64,000 nt of DNA, from NCBI GenBank assembly GCA_963843505.1, contig CAWJKR010000008.1, forward strand, positions 465,922 to 529,921, read 5' to 3'. The position numbers and the translations under genes are program-made. Origin of the DNA: Candidatus Aminicenantes bacterium. Lineage in GTDB: Bacteria; Acidobacteriota; Aminicenantia; Aminicenantales; Saccharicenantaceae. The notes under the pieces were generated by a model. That model did not search any database. It was not told the origin of the DNA and saw only the letters and a list, made by a program, of their open reading frames with translations. Shown piece by piece: positions 31,393-40,421 of this stretch (its first letter is position 1; each line of letters opens with the position of its first letter).

Positions 31393-32341
31393 ATGAAAGC
31401 CATCGTCTACACAAAATACGGGCCGCCCGATGTCCTTCGGCTCAAAGAGGTGGACAAACCCGTTCCCAAAGACAACGAATTATTGATCAGGGTCCGTGCG
31501 GCCGCCCTGAACGCCTATGACTGGCGCCATTTGAGGGCCGACCCGTTCTTCATCAGGCTCATGGGCGTTGGCCTTTTCAAGCCAAAGCACCGGATCCTGG
31601 GGGCCGATATCGCCGGCCTGGTCGAAGCGGTCGGCCGCGCCGTCACGCAGTTCCGGCCCGGAGACGAAGTCCTCGGCGACGGCGGCTACGGGGGATTCGC
31701 CGAGTTTGTCTGCGTCGACGAAAAGCGCTTTGTGCCGAAACCCGCCTCCCTCACGTTCGAGGAAGCCGCGGCCGTGCCGATGGCCGGACTCACGGCTTTG
31801 CAGGGCCTTCGCGATAAGGGACAGATCCGGGCGGGGCAGAAGGTCCTGATCAACGGGGCCTCGGGCGGCGTGGGGACTTTCGCCGTGCAGATCGCCAAAT
31901 CCTTCGGGACCGAAGTCACCGGGGTTTGCCGCACGTCGAAGATGGACCTGGTGCGCTCGATCGGCGCGGATCATGTCGTCGATTACACTCATGACGATGT
32001 CACCCGGAGGGCGGAGCGATATGATCTGATCTTCGATGTCGCGGCCTTTCGTTCGGTCTTGAAGTACAAGCGCATCTTGAGCCCCGGCGGAATCTATGTT
32101 CTGGCCGGCGGCTCTATCGCCCGGATGTTCGCAGCTGATGGTCATGTCCATGTTCGTCAAGAACATGGGAGTCATGGGCGCCAAGATCAACCAGGAGGAT
32201 CTGCGCTTCCTCATGGAGCTCATGAACGCCGGCAAAGTCCGGTCGATCATCGACCGACGCTACCCGTTAGGCGAAACGGCCGCGGCCCTTCGGTATCTTG
32301 AAGACGGGCGCGCCCGCGGGAAAGTCGTCATCACCGTATAA
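31393..32341 (+). CDS. MDR-superfamily Zn-dependent dehydrogenase / NAD(P)H quinone oxidoreductase; one frameshift near 32120.
   Basis: MKAIVYTKYGPPDVLRLKEV...VRAAALNAYDW...GDEVLG...GGFAEF...GQKVLINGASGGVGTFAVQIAK... Lower GC than the contig average. Confidence 0.75.
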
Positions 32342-32459
32342 GAATCCATAAGACCCTCCGCTTTTTCGGTCAGGCACTGGGCCGGAAATTGACAAATTCT
32401 TGACAACTCTCCGCCGGACCATGGGTATCTTTCCCATAGAAGGAGATCAGGGTGATCTC

Positions 32460-33065
32460 ATGAGTCAGAACGGGCCAGGCCTGTGGAGAAACGGCGCAGC
32501 GGGATTCGCGATCCCGATCGTCATGAGCCTTCTCCTGTCGCAAGCCTGCGCCACGCTGGCCCGAAGCGTCGAGCAACCCATCCCGGTGACTTCCTCTCCC
32601 GCAAGGGCCACGGTGATCCTCAACGGGATATCGCAGGGCGCGACCCCGCTCATGATCAGGCTGCCCCGGTACAAGAAGGACCAGGTCATCCGGATAGAAT
32701 CCCCCGGATATAACCCTGCCGAGATACGGCTAAGGCGGAAGATCTGGGGAGGAACGATCCTCGGAAACATCCTTATGGGATTGGCGCCGGGATTGGTTCC
32801 GGTCCTGCTCTTATCGGGATCATCTCATGCCAGAATCGATCCCTCCGACGAGAAGGCCGTTCTCTCGATCTATCTCAAGAGCGCCGCGGTCCTCGGCGGG
32901 CTCTTTGTGTTGATAGACATCGGCAGCAGCAACGGCTACACTTTGACGCCGGAGAACCTCACCGTGAGGCTGACGAAGGCCGATGGGCCGCCGCGGGTCG
33001 ATACGGTTGTCCTCGACGCCGACGACCTTCGGAACGTCAAGTGGATCCGCGTCCGAAGGGACTAA
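32460..33065 (+). CDS. PEGA-domain lipoprotein, paralog 1.
   Basis: Lipobox LLLSQAC. SSPARATVILNGISQGATPLMIRLPRYKKDQVIRIESPGYNPAEIRL (PEGA-type module). C-terminus ...ADDLRNVKWIRVRRD*. About 55% identical in layout to the next ORF. Confidence 0.5.
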   Translation: MSQNGPGLWRNGAAGFAIPIVMSLLLSQACATLARSVEQPIPVTSSPARATVILNGISQGATPLMIRLPRYKKDQVIRIESPGYNPAEIRLRRKIWGGTILGNILMGLAPGLVPVLLLSGSSHARIDPSDEKAVLSIYLKSAAVLGGLFVLIDIGSSNGYTLTPENLTVRLTKADGPPRVDTVVLDADDLRNVKWIRVRRD

Positions 33066-33107
33066 GCGCGTTGACATGTGCCCACAGGGCTCCATAAGAG
33101 ACCGGCC

Positions 33108-33674
33108 ATGAACGATAAAAGCACAAATTGTTTTCTTTTCATCCTGACCCTAGCGAGCATACTGCTTTCTCCCGGCTGCGCGACTTTGACGCGGAGCAGG
33201 CACCAGATCGTCTTCGTGACTTCTTCTCCCCTGGGAGCCGCGGTTACCATCAACGGCGTCGAGAAAGGCCTGACCCCGCTCATGATGAAGCTGGACAGGA
33301 CGTTGAGGCGCCCGGTCATTCGGATAGAATCCCTGGGCTACAACCCTGTTGAGATCCGGCCAATAAGAAGGCCGTCGGGAACGCACTTTTTTGCGAACCT
33401 CCTCGTCGGGCTGATACCGGCCTGTGTGCCAGCCGCCGCCTATTCGTTGGCCCATGATGGCGAGGGAGCTATGATGGTCTGGATCCTCAGCGCAGCGGCC
33501 TTCGGCGGACTCTTCACTGCCGTCGACAGCGGCGCCGGAGCGATCTACGATTTCAGGCCGACCGATATCACCGTAATTCTGAAGAAAGCCAGCGGGCCTC
33601 CCCGAGTCGATACGATTCTCATTGATGCTGACGACTTCCAGAACGTCAAGTGGCTTCGGGTCCATAGGGACTGA
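33108..33674 (+). CDS. PEGA-domain lipoprotein, paralog 2.
   Basis: Lipobox ILLSPGC. SSPLGAAVTINGVEKGLTPLMMKLDRTLRRPVIRIESLGYNPVEIRP. C-terminus ...ADDFQNVKWLRVHRD*. Tandem duplicate of 32460-33065. Confidence 0.5.
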   Translation: MNDKSTNCFLFILTLASILLSPGCATLTRSRHQIVFVTSSPLGAAVTINGVEKGLTPLMMKLDRTLRRPVIRIESLGYNPVEIRPIRRPSGTHFFANLLVGLIPACVPAAAYSLAHDGEGAMMVWILSAAAFGGLFTAVDSGAGAIYDFRPTDITVILKKASGPPRVDTILIDADDFQNVKWLRVHRD

Positions 33675-33769
33675 ACCCTGGCCCTGCGGTAGGCCGCGAA
33701 CTCGGGCCGAATCTTCTGAAAGCCCATGCTCCTTGTCAGAACGGTGTTGAGAAATCAGGCATAAGGGAG

Positions 33770-33864
33770 TGGCGGGAAGGTGTGGGAGTCGAACCCACCC
33801 GGGACGTCTATAGCCCCATACCGGATTTGAAGTCCGGAAGGATCACCGGATCCTTCACCCTCCC
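33770..33864 (-). tRNA. selC: tRNA-Sec (selenocysteine tRNA, anticodon UCA), 95 nt including encoded CCA.
   Basis: Minus-strand read: GGGAGGGT-GAAGGATCCGGTGATCCTTC-CGGACTTCAAATCCGG-TATGGGGCTATAGACGTCCC-GGGTGGGTTCGACTCCCAC-ACCTTCCC-G-CCA. It has an 8-bp acceptor stem with one G-U pair, an extended D-stem, anticodon loop CTTCAAA (UCA), a long variable arm, and the T-arm GGTTCGACTCC. Segment for segment it parallels E. coli selC (CCGGTGA / GGACTTCAAATCC / GGTCCCGGG..GGTTCGACTCC). Confidence 0.8.
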
Positions 33865-34096
33865 CGTGGGTCAAAAGATGGTAGTCCGTCCGGGCACGGG
33901 TGTCAATTCAGCCGTGGCTCTTCTCGATCGCTGCCCAGGGGCGGGGCCCGGAAAGATCACCCCTACTTGCGCTCGGAATTTACAGCTGGTCCAAGATCTT
34001 CTTTCCACCTTCATTCTTAGGATTCAGCTCGCGCGAGACAGGCTGCGTGTTTCCATCGTGGCCCGGATGGGTTAAAATGATCGTCCGGGAGTAAGG

Positions 34097-35845
34097 ATGT
34101 CCGCTCGCTCAAGACCCGATATCAAAGCCGTCTGGCGCGACAATATCGTTTTGCGCCGGCTGCAGAAGCTCCCCGACAATGTCCGGCAGGTGACCCAGAC
34201 CATCGTCCTCAGCCTGGCGGCCGGCCTGTCTGCGGTCTTGTTCCTGTTCATGACCAATCTGTTGTTTTCCTTGACGTACGTTCAATTCGCCGAGCGATCG
34301 AAATTGTCCTTCGCTGTGGCCAGTTTCATCCTGATCATCGGCACATCGGTCATCGTCGGATTCCTGCTGAACAGGCTCAGCCCCGACGCGGCCGGGAGCG
34401 GCATCCCCCAGGTCAAGTCGGCTTATTGGAAAGAGCTCGGCTTCCTGCCGTTCCGGTCGACCCTGGTCAAGTTCTTCGCCGGCATGCTCAGCATCGGCGG
34501 GGGCGCCAGCCTCGGCCGCGAGGGGCCCTCGGTCTTCATCGGCAGCGGGGTCGCCTCCAACGTCGCGGGCGTCCTCGGCACACCGCGGCGGGAAAGGCGG
34601 GCCGCCACATTGATGGGGGCGTCGGCCGGACTGGCCGCGGCCTTCAACACGCCCATGGCCGCCATCACCTTCGCCATTGAGGAGATCGTCAACGACCTGA
34701 ACAGCCGCTACCTGGGGCGCGTCGTTCTCGCTTCGGTCCTGGGCGCCTTCGTCGTCTACGCCGTCCTCGGCCGCCAGCCGGCTTTCTCCCTTCCGTCCAT
34801 TGAGAACGTCAGCTGGCTTCATTATGCCGTCGTCCCCGTTGTGGCCGCCGTTGCTTCGTTCGCCGGGGTCGCTTTCCAAAGAGGGACCCTGTTCCTGAGG
34901 GGGAGGGTGAGAAAGATCGGCTCCGTCCCGGCCTGGCTCCGCCCCGGCCTGGGCGGTCTCGTCACCTGGATCTTGGGCGTCAGCGTGTTCCTGACGGTCG
35001 GAAAGATCGGGGTCTTCGGGCTGGGCTACCAGGACCTGAGCCGGGCCTTGAACAATAATTTCGAATGGAAGATCGCCGGCATCATGGTCTGCGCCAAGCT
35101 GCTGGCCACGATCGCGAGCTACGGTTTCGGCGGCTGCGGAGGTATTTTCGCGCCCATGCTCTTTGTCGGGGGGATGAGCGGCTTTTTCATAGGCGGCCTG
35201 GCGGGAACTTGGATGCCCTTGACGCCTGCCGACCATATCGTCCTGTCCGCTGTCGGAATGAGCGCCTGCCTCGGGACGGTCGTCGGGGCGCCCTTGACCT
35301 CGCTTTTGATCGTCTTTGAAATGACCCATCAGTTCGCCCTGGTGCCGGCGCTTATGATCGGGATGATCATCAGCCGGGCGATCTCGCGTTTCGCCGGCCG
35401 GCTCAATTTTTATGACGCGGCCCTTGTCCAGGACGGCCACGAGCTCCATAAGATCCGCCCGCCCCTCGATCTTCAGAGCTGGCAGAACCTTCCCGTGGCC
35501 GCCATCGCGAATCCCCACCCTGTGGTCATCCGGGACCTCGCCCCGGGAGCTCTGCACGCTGCCATCGACAGGTACCCCTACAATAGCTTTCCCGTAGAGA
35601 TCGACGGCCGGCTCAGAGGGATCCTGACCCGCCAGCAGATCCTCGAATCCCTGGTAGCGAAGGACGTGCCGGAGATCCGCAACGTGGTCACATGCTTTCC
35701 AGAACAGACAGTCCGGGAGGTCGGGGACAAGTTCATCCAGTCTCCGATCAATGTCCTCGTGGTCGTCAGCCCGGAGACCGGCGCGATCCAGGGCATCATC
35801 ACTTTACACGACCTCATTCGGGCCCAGGCCTCCGTCAACACCTAG
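34097..35845 (+). CDS. ClC-family voltage-gated chloride channel / H+:Cl- antiporter with C-terminal CBS pair.
   Basis: Intact 582 aa. GSGIPQVK, GREGPSVFIGSG, GIFAPMLFVGG selectivity-filter motifs. C-terminal tandem CBS-like segments. Confidence 0.85.
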   Translation: MSARSRPDIKAVWRDNIVLRRLQKLPDNVRQVTQTIVLSLAAGLSAVLFLFMTNLLFSLTYVQFAERSKLSFAVASFILIIGTSVIVGFLLNRLSPDAAGSGIPQVKSAYWKELGFLPFRSTLVKFFAGMLSIGGGASLGREGPSVFIGSGVASNVAGVLGTPRRERRAATLMGASAGLAAAFNTPMAAITFAIEEIVNDLNSRYLGRVVLASVLGAFVVYAVLGRQPAFSLPSIENVSWLHYAVVPVVAAVASFAGVAFQRGTLFLRGRVRKIGSVPAWLRPGLGGLVTWILGVSVFLTVGKIGVFGLGYQDLSRALNNNFEWKIAGIMVCAKLLATIASYGFGGCGGIFAPMLFVGGMSGFFIGGLAGTWMPLTPADHIVLSAVGMSACLGTVVGAPLTSLLIVFEMTHQFALVPALMIGMIISRAISRFAGRLNFYDAALVQDGHELHKIRPPLDLQSWQNLPVAAIANPHPVVIRDLAPGALHAAIDRYPYNSFPVEIDGRLRGILTRQQILESLVAKDVPEIRNVVTCFPEQTVREVGDKFIQSPINVLVVVSPETGAIQGIITLHDLIRAQASVNT

Positions 35846-36065
35846 ACGGACCTTCTGGCTCGCCCGCAAGGCGAAATCGTCGGGGGGGCTCGGGGGACAG
35901 ACAGGGATGTTGCTTTAAGAAACGACGGGCAGGGTGATCGGCGTCAAGAAAGTGTGGCGGCGGCGAGAGTGGGGAGTGGGATTGTACGACCGGGCCGGAT
36001 TTGCTAACGTTAGATAGCGGCTCGCACCCCACAATGAGGGAACCAATGCATGACCGGTCTTCCCG

Positions 36066-37172
36066 GTGGATTCTTCAGAACGGCGGGCGCTGGCTGCTTT
36101 TATTTCTTCCTTGGCGGTTATCGGGACCGCCCAACAGGTCATCGATAATCCGGCGAAACCCGCGAGCCTCAACGCGGGCCGTGTGCTCGCGCTCAAGGAG
36201 GTCGTCCGGATCACGGACGATAAGGGTCAGTTCCTCTTCGTCCAGCCCTTCAACGTCTTGACGGGGCACGACGGATCGGTCTATGTCCAGGAATACAGGC
36301 AGCTGCTCAAGTTCGACGCCCAGGGCCGGTTCGTCAAGAACATGCTCAAGAGAGGGCAGGGGCCGGGCGAGCTCGACGACAACCTGACCGACGTCGTCGT
36401 CCGGGAAAAGGACATCATCCTCTGGTCGTCCAACAACCATAAGTTCATCCGGCTCGACCTCGACGGCCGCCTCATCGAGGATAAGAAGATCGTTCAGGGA
36501 TTCCTCGGCTCCCTCCTCGGCGTGTTCGGGGGCCGGTGTTTTTTCCTCAGGAGCGAGATCGACACCGATAAGTCGAGGCCCAGGATCAACGGGATCTTCG
36601 AAACCCCTAGCCGTCTCGTCATCCTCCCTGAAAACGGGGAGGCCGTTCCCACGCCTTTCCTGATGCCGATGACGGCGGGCTTCCATTTCGGACCGAGGGC
36701 CGCTTCGAGCAGCACGATATCCCGGGCCATGCCGGTGGCGGCGGGCGAACGCTCGGTCTTCCTCTTCCATTCGCCGGACTATCTCATCAAGCTCATCGAC
36801 CTCGAGACCGGGGTGGTCGTGCGAAGCTTCCGACGGGATTACGATCGGGTGAAGTACGAAGTCAAGACGCCGGCCGGCTATCCGGCCGAGCTCATCCCCA
36901 AATATCACAACGACCTCTGCCGGCTCCTCTGGCGCAACGATAGGCTGTGGGCCGTGACGTCGACCGTCGACCCGAAGAAGGGGATCCTGGTCGACGTATT
37001 CAGCCGGGAGGGTCAGTATGTCGACAACTTCTACCTGCCCCTCTTCAAGATCCGCAAGAACAACCCGCAGTATTACGCCCCGATGGCGGTTTGGGGGAAC
37101 TTTCTTTATCTTCTCGAGGCGGACGAAGACGACATCATCTCCCTCATCAAGTACGAGATCGTCGGAGAATGA
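36066..37172 (+). CDS. Secreted hypothetical protein, probably a beta-propeller fold.
   Basis: Intact ORF with GTG start and N-terminal hydrophobic RRALAAFISSLAVIGTAQQ. Repetitive beta-strand-rich blades; no confident family call. Lower-GC block. Confidence 0.4.
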   Translation: MDSSERRALAAFISSLAVIGTAQQVIDNPAKPASLNAGRVLALKEVVRITDDKGQFLFVQPFNVLTGHDGSVYVQEYRQLLKFDAQGRFVKNMLKRGQGPGELDDNLTDVVVREKDIILWSSNNHKFIRLDLDGRLIEDKKIVQGFLGSLLGVFGGRCFFLRSEIDTDKSRPRINGIFETPSRLVILPENGEAVPTPFLMPMTAGFHFGPRAASSSTISRAMPVAAGERSVFLFHSPDYLIKLIDLETGVVVRSFRRDYDRVKYEVKTPAGYPAELIPKYHNDLCRLLWRNDRLWAVTSTVDPKKGILVDVFSREGQYVDNFYLPLFKIRKNNPQYYAPMAVWGNFLYLLEADEDDIISLIKYEIVGE

Positions 37173-37200
37173 TCGGTCCGGGATACGGAGTCGGTGACGC

Positions 37201-38421
37201 TTATCGCCCGGCTCGAGGCGCAAAGCCCAGGACCTGGAACGGCGCCTCGTCCGGCCGCCCCGGCGAGATGTGAAGCTCCGGCTTCTCGCCCAGGACCATG
37301 ATGGTGCAGCCGTAGGTTTCCGCGTTATTGATCCCGGAGGCGCGGTCCCGGAAGAGCCCCTGGAGCGCGTCGAGGTCCAGGACGGCGGAGTTGTCCTTGA
37401 GCCGCCGGCCAAGGAACTTGAAACGCGGGCAGCGGGCCTGATAGCTCTCGAGCGTCAGGTTATTGCGCTTCAGCAATTGCGGGAATTTCGGATTGTAATC
37501 GTCGTTGACCATCGGATGGTTCGTGTGGTAGCTGAACTCGGCGCCCTCGAACGGGACGAACTTGGACATCTTGCCGGCCGAGCGCTCGAAGACGGCGACC
37601 TCAGCCGGCCCTCCGATGACATAGGTCTGCGGCGCCGCGGGCTGGATGTCCTCGAGGAATTTCACCGCCCGCTCATAAGAGCTCTGGCGCAGGAGGCCCC
37701 TGATGACGAAGGCCACGGGGAGCCCCTTGGTCGAATAGGCGAGCTGGGTCACGGCGTTGACGCACACCCCGACCGAACGGCTGTTCAACCCGTTGGCGGC
37801 GACGACCCCCGGGATCGTGAAGACGAGGGTCTCGAGATCATCCCGGCTGTCCCGGATGCGAAGGACGGTCTGAAAGCCGTGATAGAAGTCGGGGATGTCC
37901 AGGGTTTGGGAGACAGAGGCGGGGTGCCCATTCCTCTTTCCGGCCGCGATCGAGGTGCATTTGGAGAAGCTCAGGTCCGGCCCGACGGTCCAGAGCTCGT
38001 CGATGAGCTGATAAGCGTACATCGTGTCGAAATCGACCCCGGCCCCGTCGGCGATGCCGCGGACTTCGTCGAGGAGGCCCGGCGTCCAACGGTCGATGGC
38101 CGGCTTGAAGTCCGTCTTCTTCAGGAATTCACGGATAAAGACCTCGGCTTCGACTCGATAGGTCCTTTCCAGGTCTTCCTTCCAGCGCTTGACCAGCTCC
38201 AGGATCTCCGCCTTGAGCGTCTGGCCGTGGATCTTGCCCATCTGGTAGGGCGTTCCCGCGAGATCGACGATCCTCAGCTTCGTCTCCGGTCCGGGGCGCG
38301 ACCTGTCCCCGGCCCGAAGGGAATTCAACTGGGCGGTGAAGAGGAGGAGCAGAAAGACGAGCCCGTTGGCCGAAATCCGGCGGACGGCTCTTATCGGCGA
38401 TTTTCTTTCCGATATTGGCAT
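37201..38421 (-). CDS. C45-family peptidase / acyl-CoA:6-aminopenicillanic-acid acyltransferase-like (Ntn-hydrolase), secreted.
   Basis: Signal MPISERKSPIRAVRRISANGLVFLLLLFTAQLNSLRA. ...GPDLSFSKCTSIAAGKRNG... (autoproteolytic Cys nucleophile context of AAT/C45). ...NAETYGCTIMVL.... Confidence 0.55.
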   Translation of the reverse strand: MPISERKSPIRAVRRISANGLVFLLLLFTAQLNSLRAGDRSRPGPETKLRIVDLAGTPYQMGKIHGQTLKAEILELVKRWKEDLERTYRVEAEVFIREFLKKTDFKPAIDRWTPGLLDEVRGIADGAGVDFDTMYAYQLIDELWTVGPDLSFSKCTSIAAGKRNGHPASVSQTLDIPDFYHGFQTVLRIRDSRDDLETLVFTIPGVVAANGLNSRSVGVCVNAVTQLAYSTKGLPVAFVIRGLLRQSSYERAVKFLEDIQPAAPQTYVIGGPAEVAVFERSAGKMSKFVPFEGAEFSYHTNHPMVNDDYNPKFPQLLKRNNLTLESYQARCPRFKFLGRRLKDNSAVLDLDALQGLFRDRASGINNAETYGCTIMVLGEKPELHISPGRPDEAPFQVLGFAPRAGR

Positions 38422-38550
38422 GGGGAGACTATACTTCCGGCCGCCGGCGACCGTCAAGGATTGACCATCCTCCTCGGCCTGGGGCCGAGGCAACTATTCG
38501 CCGGGCTGGATCGTCTCTAGGAATGATATCCAACCTGGAGGTCTGCCGCG

Positions 38551-39362
38551 ATGAATAAGCTCTTCGTGGCCGCCATCCTTTTATTCGTCACCGCCCTGGC
38601 GCTGGCCGCCCCGCCGCAGCGCGCCGAGATCTTGGTCCTCGGCACCTACCATATGGCTAACTCCGGGCCGCGATGTCTTCAACATGGAGGCGGACGACGT
38701 GCTCGCGCCCAAGCGGCAGGCCGAGATCGCCGAGCTGCTCGAGGTCCTGAAGAGATTCAAGCCGACCAAGATCGCCATCGAGTCCACGGTTTATGAAGAC
38801 CGTCGCCCCAAGCAGTACGCCGATTACCTGGCCGGCAAGTACACGCTGACGGCCAACGAGATCGAGCAGGTCGGTTTCCGGCTGGCCAAGGAGCTCGGCA
38901 TGGAGGCCATCTATCCCGTCGATATCGACGGCGATTTCCCCATGGCAGCGGGTGATCAACTTCGCCAAGGCCAAAGGGCAGTCGCAGATCATGGACCGGC
39001 TCATGTCCGAGATCGGCAAGATGGTCAAAGAACAGGACGCCTACCTCAAGTCCCACACCATTCTCGAGACGCTCCTCTTCATGAACGACGACAAGAAGGT
39101 CGCCCAGGACGTCGGATTCTACTACCGCGAGGCCCACTTCGGAGAGCCGGGCGACTATGCCGGCCCGGACCTTCTGGCCAGCTGGTATCAGCGGAATATC
39201 CGCATCTTCAACAATATCGCCGCTATCATCGGATCCCCGAACGAACGCGTGCTGGTGATCTACGGGGCCGGGCATCTCGGCTGGCTGCGGCAGGACGTCG
39301 AGAACGATCCTAGCATGAGACTCCGGAAGCTGGCCGAGTTCGCGAGCCCGAAAACGAACTGA
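38551..39362 (+). CDS. Secreted hypothetical protein (DUF5694 / TraB-GumN-like layout); 2 frameshifts.
   Basis: Signal MNKLFVAAILLFVTALALAAPPQRA. EILVLGTYHMAN...DDVLAPKRQAEIAELLEVLKRFKPTKIAIE...VLVIYGAGHLGWLRQ.... The family assignment is tentative. Confidence 0.4.
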
Positions 39363-39389
39363 CCGCCCTTGACGGGGTCCGCGGGCCCT

Positions 39390-39418
39390 TGACAATCTCT
39401 GAACTCGAACCTATATAT
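39390..39418 (+). promoter_or_regulatory. Putative sigma-70 promoter: TTGACA (39390-39395), 17-bp spacer, TATATA (39413-39418).
   Basis: Near-consensus hexamers with optimal spacing in a 380-bp lower-GC intergenic region. It would drive a transcript of about 320 nt ahead of the ABC ATPase at 39744. Confidence 0.35.
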
Positions 39419-39743
39419 GAAGACGAACGTTGCAGAGGGGATTTCTCGCGTAAGGGGTTCGAGATCTCGATCTTTCCGTCCGCAACATAATCCGCGTTCC
39501 GGCGGTTATCGATAGTGTAAAGTTTTTTGCGGACTTTACGGGCCGCGGCGCCCACCGGCCGCGCGATATGGGTACGGGAGCCATATTGATTTTGGCATAT
39601 TTTATGCAGCAACGGGCGATAAGAACGTTGGGATCAAGAATCAAGCTTTAGCAGGTCATCTATTCTGGCCTTGGGGAGTTAGGCCATGATCAAAAGATGC
39701 CCTCGGGGGGGCCGAGCCGGGCAGCGACGCCGCTGATCGAGCC

Positions 39744-40404
<661 letters not shown>

Positions 40405-40421
<17 letters not shown>

